DNA from: Candidatus Tectimicrobiota bacterium
GTDB lineage: Bacteria; JACPSX01
Length of the DNA stretch: 44,778 nt
Reading direction: 5' to 3'
Assembly (NCBI GenBank): GCA_016193065.1
Contig: JACPSX010000217.1
Coordinates: 1-44,778, forward strand
Position numbers and translations under genes: made by a program. Numbering within the stretch: position 1 is the first letter of the stretch; every line of letters begins with the position of its first letter. Of this stretch, positions 40,912 through 44,778 are shown piece after piece. Below the pieces are notes generated by a model. That model made no database searches and had not been told where the DNA came from. It saw nothing but the letters and a program-made list of their open reading frames with translations.

Positions 40912-43473
40912 TTACGCGGCGCGCGGCCTCCAGCGCTTGAGCCGGTTGGCGTTCGTGATCACGGTCACCGAGCTGAACGACATGGCGATGGCGGCCAGAA
41001 GGGGGGACAGCAAGATGCTGAAGAACGGGTAGAGCACACCCAGGGCGATAGGCAGTCCCAGGGCGTTATAGATGAAGGCCCCGAACAGATTCTGGTAAAC
41101 GTTGCGCATGGTGGCCCGGCTGATCTGGATGGCGGTCACCACACCGCGGAGACTGCCTTTGATCAGCGTGATGTCCGAGGCGGCGATCGCCACGTCCGTC
41201 CCCGTTCCAATGGCGAAGCCCACGTCGGCCTGGGCCAGAGCAGGGGCGTCATTGATCCCGTCCCCTACCATGGCCACTTGTTTCCCCTCGAGCTGGAGCT
41301 TCTGAACATTGAAGGCCTTGTCCTGAGGCAACACCTCGGCAAGCACGCGCTCGATTCCCACCTGCCGGGCGATGGCCCCCGCGGTCCGCTCGTTATCCCC
41401 CGTGATCATCACCACCTCCAGGCCCATGGTCTTCAGGGCCTGAATCGCCGACTTCGAATCCTCCTTCACGGTGTCGGCCACGGCCACGATGCCGGCAATT
41501 TCCCCGTCGACGGCCACGTACATGGGGGTCTTTCCTTCATCGGCAAGTTGCACCGACCTGGCTTCAAGACTATCCAACGAGATCTTCCGGTCGCGCATGA
41601 GCTTCAGGTTCCCGAGGAGCAGCTCCCGCCCCTCCACCATCGCCTCGATGCCGTGGCCGGGGATCGCACGAAAGGCCTGCGGGTCCAGGAGCGTGAGGCC
41701 CCGAGAGGTTGCACCCTCGACGATGGCAGAGGCCAGCGGGTGCTCGGAAGACTTCTCGACGCTTCCCGCCAAGCGCAGGAGCTCCTCCTCCCGGAAGCGT
41801 CCGACCGCGACCGCATCGGTCAACACGGGCTTCCCGTAAGTGATGGTGCCGGTCTTGTCCAGGATGATCGTCTGGAGCTTCTGGGCAGTCTGGAGCGCCT
41901 CGCCGCCCCGGATCAGGATCCCGTTGAGGGCCCCGAGGCCAACCCCCGTGGTCAGCGACATAGGGGTGGCCATGCCGAGGGCGCAAGGGCAGGCAATGAT
42001 CAGCGTGGTTACAGCCACGATGAGGGCATAGACAACCCGGGGCTCGGGACCGAACGTGTACCAGATCATGAACCCGAGGATCGCCAGGATCGCGACCGAC
42101 GGAGTGAAATAGCCTGAGACGACGTCCACGATCCTCTGGACGGGAACCTTGGAGCCCTGGGCGTCTTTGACCATGCGGACGATGTTGGCCAGTGCCGTGT
42201 CCTTGCCGACCTTCGTCGCCCGGAACCTGAAAGCGCCGGTCCTGTTGATGGTGGCGCCGATCACCTCGTCACCCACCTGCTTCTCTACCGGGAGCGACTC
42301 CCCGGTCACCATGGATTCGTCCACGGCTGACGCTCCTTCAATAACCTCACCGTCCACAGGGATCTTCTCACCCGGCCGAACGACAACGACATCGCCCACC
42401 AGCACCTCCTCAACCGGAATGTCCACTTCACTTCCGTCGCGGATCACGCGCGCCCTCCTGGCCTGGAGCCCGACCAGCTTTTTGATGGCGTCCGAAGTCC
42501 GGCCCTTGGCCTTGAGCTCCATGGCCAAGCCCAGGACGACCAGGGCCGTGACCACCACCGTCACGTCGTAGTAAACCTCAGTGAACTCGGAGGCCGGAAA
42601 GATCTGCGGGAAGAGAAGCGCAATGGTCGAGTAGATCCAGGCGATTCCGGTTCCCATGGCAATTAGAGTGTGCATGTTGGCCGAGCGGTGCCGGAACGCT
42701 TGCCACGCGCCCGTGAAGAACTGGTTGCCGCTGTAAAGAAGGACCGCCAAGGAGGCCACACCCATCCCCACCCAGATATACCGGAGCTGGGGGCTCCCGC
42801 GCGGGAACCAGTCTCGGAGCAGAGGAAAGAGCCACGGGTAGCTGAAGATCATCGTGAAGATTCCGACGGCGGCCCCGAACCACCACTTGTGCATCAGGTC
42901 CCGGTACTCACGGTCGCGGGCTTGGGCTTCCTTGTCAACCTCCTCCGGGCCGCCCGGCGGCGGGGCCTCGGCGACCTCGTAGCCGGCAGCTCCGACCGCC
43001 GCCTTTACCGAGGAGAGGTCGGCCGCGCCTGGCAGATACTCGACCTCGGCCTCCTCCGTCCCGACATTGACGCTGGCCTTCAGCACACCGGGAGTCACGA
43101 GCAAGGCATTCTCGATCTTGGTGACACAGGAAGCACAGGTAATGCCTCGGATGCCGAAGCGGATCTTGGCCGCTCCCACCCGGTAGCCTGCCGCTTTGAT
43201 GGCCTCGTGGAGCCCGGCGATGGTCGCCTGCTCCGGGTCGTATTCTACGAAGGCCCGGCCTCCGGCCAGGTTGACCGTCGCACCCCTCACTCCCGGAACT
43301 GCCCGGAGCGTTTGCTCCACGGCCTGAACACACCGGGCGCAGGTCAGACCGGACACAGGTAGCTCGATGCGCCGACTCCCCTTGGCCTCGCTGCTGACAC
43401 CTGTCGTCGCCGACGGAGCACTTCTCGCTCCCCCAACCTTCCTGCCGACGGTCTCAAGAGCCTTCGATATCAC
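40912..43473 (-). CDS. copA: Copper-translocating P1B-type ATPase
   Basis: Two HMA domains ([16 protein letters not shown]), TGES, CPC ([12 protein letters not shown]), [15 protein letters not shown]. Confidence 0.95.
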   Translation of the reverse strand: MISKALETVGRKVGGARSAPSATTGVSSEAKGSRRIELPVSGLTCARCVQAVEQTLRAVPGVRGATVNLAGGRAFVEYDPEQATIAGLHEAIKAAGYRVGAAKIRFGIRGITCASCVTKIENALLVTPGVLKASVNVGTEEAEVEYLPGAADLSSVKAAVGAAGYEVAEAPPPGGPEEVDKEAQARDREYRDLMHKWWFGAAVGIFTMIFSYPWLFPLLRDWFPRGSPQLRYIWVGMGVASLAVLLYSGNQFFTGAWQAFRHRSANMHTLIAMGTGIAWIYSTIALLFPQIFPASEFTEVYYDVTVVVTALVVLGLAMELKAKGRTSDAIKKLVGLQARRARVIRDGSEVDIPVEEVLVGDVVVVRPGEKIPVDGEVIEGASAVDESMVTGESLPVEKQVGDEVIGATINRTGAFRFRATKVGKDTALANIVRMVKDAQGSKVPVQRIVDVVSGYFTPSVAILAILGFMIWYTFGPEPRVVYALIVAVTTLIIACPCALGMATPMSLTTGVGLGALNGILIRGGEALQTAQKLQTIILDKTGTITYGKPVLTDAVAVGRFREEELLRLAGSVEKSSEHPLASAIVEGATSRGLTLLDPQAFRAIPGHGIEAMVEGRELLLGNLKLMRDRKISLDSLEARSVQLADEGKTPMYVAVDGEIAGIVAVADTVKEDSKSAIQALKTMGLEVVMITGDNERTAGAIARQVGIERVLAEVLPQDKAFNVQKLQLEGKQVAMVGDGINDAPALAQADVGFAIGTGTDVAIAASDITLIKGSLRGVVTAIQISRATMRNVYQNLFGAFIYNALGLPIALGVLYPFFSILLSPLLAAIAMSFSSVTVITNANRLKRWRPRAA

Positions 43474-43550
43474 CCGTCATCCTCCTCTCGGTCAGCTACC
43501 TGAGCACCCCGATCAGCCAACCCTTCCAGATTCCATTGGCATCAGTTACC

Positions 43551-43859
43551 TCAACCGGAGCTCAGTCCCGCTTGACTGCGTTCCGGCGTCGAATTCCTCG
43601 GCCACCCGACCAAGGTGACGCCCGCTAGAACGGCCACAATTCCAAGTAGGCCAGAAGCGCTGACCGGCTCCTGGTAGATGAGCAGCGCCAGCCCGAGAGC
43701 GAAAACCGGCGTCAGCAGGGTCAACCCGTTGAGCGCAATCAACTCGGCGTCATGAACGAGTCGGTACCAGAGCCACGAGGCTCCCGCCGACCCAACCAAG
43801 CCGAGAAAGAGCAGGCCCGCAACGGGCGAACCTTGCGCTCCGCGAGGAAGCCAGGCTCT
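43551..43859 (-). pseudogene. C-terminal remnant of an EamA/DMT transporter gene
   Basis: The frame is open only from the codon after the TGA at 43862..43860 (which is also the DUF302 stop). It encodes ...LLFLGLVGSAGASWLWYRLVHD...GIVAVLAGVTLV, the last about 100 aa of an EamA protein, with no N-terminal body. Confidence 0.55.
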
Positions 43860-44243
43860 TCATTTGGCCTCCTCGATCATCTTGATGGTTTCCCGCTCCA
43901 CTTCCTCGGCCACGGCCCGCAGGGCCTCGGCGCCCGAGAACATGGCGAGCAGGGCTGTAGGCTTCACCATGCCGATCTTGGTTCTCCCACCTTCCTCGTA
44001 CACCGAGATCCGGCAGGGCAGCGCCATGTTCACCGCCATGTTTTGAGTGAGAACCTGGTTCGCCCGTTGCGGATTGCAGACCTCAAGAATCCTGCAGGCG
44101 TTGGGAAAGTCCACCCCCTTCTCCTTCAGCGTCTTTTGCAGGTCGTGCACGTGCAGGACGCCGAACTTGTTCCGCTTGACTGCCTCCTCGAGGTCGCGGG
44201 CCGCGCTCTCCACATCCTTTGTGGTCTCAACGATGTACAACAT
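43860..44243 (-). CDS. DUF302 domain protein
   Basis: 127 aa: DLEEAVKRNKFGVLHVHDLQKTLKEKGVDF...ILEVCNP...ALPCRISVYEEGGRTKI, the typical DUF302 pattern. Confidence 0.78.
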   Translation of the reverse strand: MLYIVETTKDVESAARDLEEAVKRNKFGVLHVHDLQKTLKEKGVDFPNACRILEVCNPQRANQVLTQNMAVNMALPCRISVYEEGGRTKIGMVKPTALLAMFSGAEALRAVAEEVERETIKMIEEAK

Positions 44244-44427
44244 GACTCGTTCCTCCTTTTGGTGCTCTCTACCTATCCCACTGCCAGGGTCAAGCCCTCA
44301 ATTTCCTTTTCCGGCTTTCAAATTCCAGCCGGTAGCTCTCACCCGACAGGCGGCGCGCTCCCGGGTTCTCCAGGGGTTGAACTTCCTCCGGAGCACAGAG
44401 AGGAATCATCGCGATCGCTGTCCTATA

Positions 44428-44778
44428 TCACCGCAGGGCCTTCAAGAACGTCACCAGGTCCTCCAGATCCTGCGGGCTCATCTGCCAGCGAGGCATGGTC
44501 CAGTCCAGGGGGTTACCGGCCGGATCAATCCCCTGTGTGATGGCTCGCTTGATGAGGAGATCGTTGTAGGGAGGATGCTCCCGGGTCTTTTCGCCTTCCT
44601 GATGTTCCTCTTTGGTGAGCGCCTCGTAGCGGATGTCCGAAGGGATTGCGCCGCCCATCATGATCGGGACGCCGCCGCGCCCCGTCACTCCATGGCAGGC
44701 CACGCAACCGCCCCCGCGCATCCCGATCCACATAGGGCCACCCCGGGCCGGGAGCGGTCCGGTCCTCTCGCTAACCCC
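44428..44778 (-). CDS. c-type cytochrome domain protein, partial (open to the right edge)
   Basis: Heme motif CVACHG in GGPMWIGMRGGGCVACHGVTGRGG. The frame stays open upstream to position 44778. Confidence 0.68.
   Translation of the reverse strand, partial: GVSERTGPLPARGGPMWIGMRGGGCVACHGVTGRGGVPIMMGGAIPSDIRYEALTKEEHQEGEKTREHPPYNDLLIKRAITQGIDPAGNPLDWTMPRWQMSPQDLEDLVTFLKALR

Noticed and set aside
1-44778. tRNA, rRNA, tmRNA or RNase P genes in the intergenic gaps
   Set aside because: I read the gaps at 4570-4720, 15645-15850, 19727-20350, 25610-26076, 34803-35512, 38178-38371 and 43474-43550. I saw no cloverleaf-compatible or rRNA-like sequence. A tRNAscan/Infernal run would be needed to be definitive.

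Overview
GC-rich (about 60% by eye) bacterial chromosomal segment. It is bacterial because it encodes Lgt, FtsX/MacB-type ABC permeases and GGAGG-led genes. I cannot place the lineage; the palindromic repeats that translate as SLSNH/FDKLR are the kind seen in uncultivated Nitrospirota/NC10/Rokubacteria-like genomes (low confidence). Almost all genes are on the minus strand. Left to right: (1) arsR-acr3, with a readable promoter and operator. (2) A TAXI-type TRAP transporter (TAXI receptor, DUF1850, fused permease). (3) A decayed integrative island of about 3.3 kb in the 3-prime end of an SLC13/DASS permease gene. It has a displaced duplicate gene end, tyrosine-recombinase debris, a nonsense-mutated PemK/MazF toxin with its antitoxin, a frameshifted DUF2971 gene and a lower-GC core. 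(4) A long carbohydrate supercluster: pfkA, class I aldolase, a GT4 glucan-synthase-like gene, three GH57 paralogs, DUF4912, a Cys-rich mini-protein, two tandem GalT-like HIT enzymes and an archaeal-type SAM synthetase. No glgC is present in the window. (5) An envelope/redox block: NfeD, a redoxin, a CcdA-like protein with vicinal Cys pairs, and lgt. (6) A plus-strand iron module: an FTR1 permease fused to a DUF2318 domain, two MacB/FtsX-like permeases and an ATPase. There is no P19-type periplasmic partner, and a Fur-box-like site and a structured leader lie upstream. (7) A Tat-exported TtrA/TtrB-like molybdopterin oxidoreductase pair without a membrane anchor. It is wedged between the intact iron operon and a collapsed 92-nt ghost copy of that operon. 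(8) A NitT/TauT-type ABC importer, an MFS carrier and an EamA carrier. (9) copA with a membrane-anchored cupredoxin-like protein, an EamA remnant, DUF302 and a partial c-type cytochrome. Two families of structured intergenic repeats recur through the window. I found no rRNA, tRNA or CRISPR array. All family calls rest on motif recognition in the supplied translations and my own hand translations; no database search was run.
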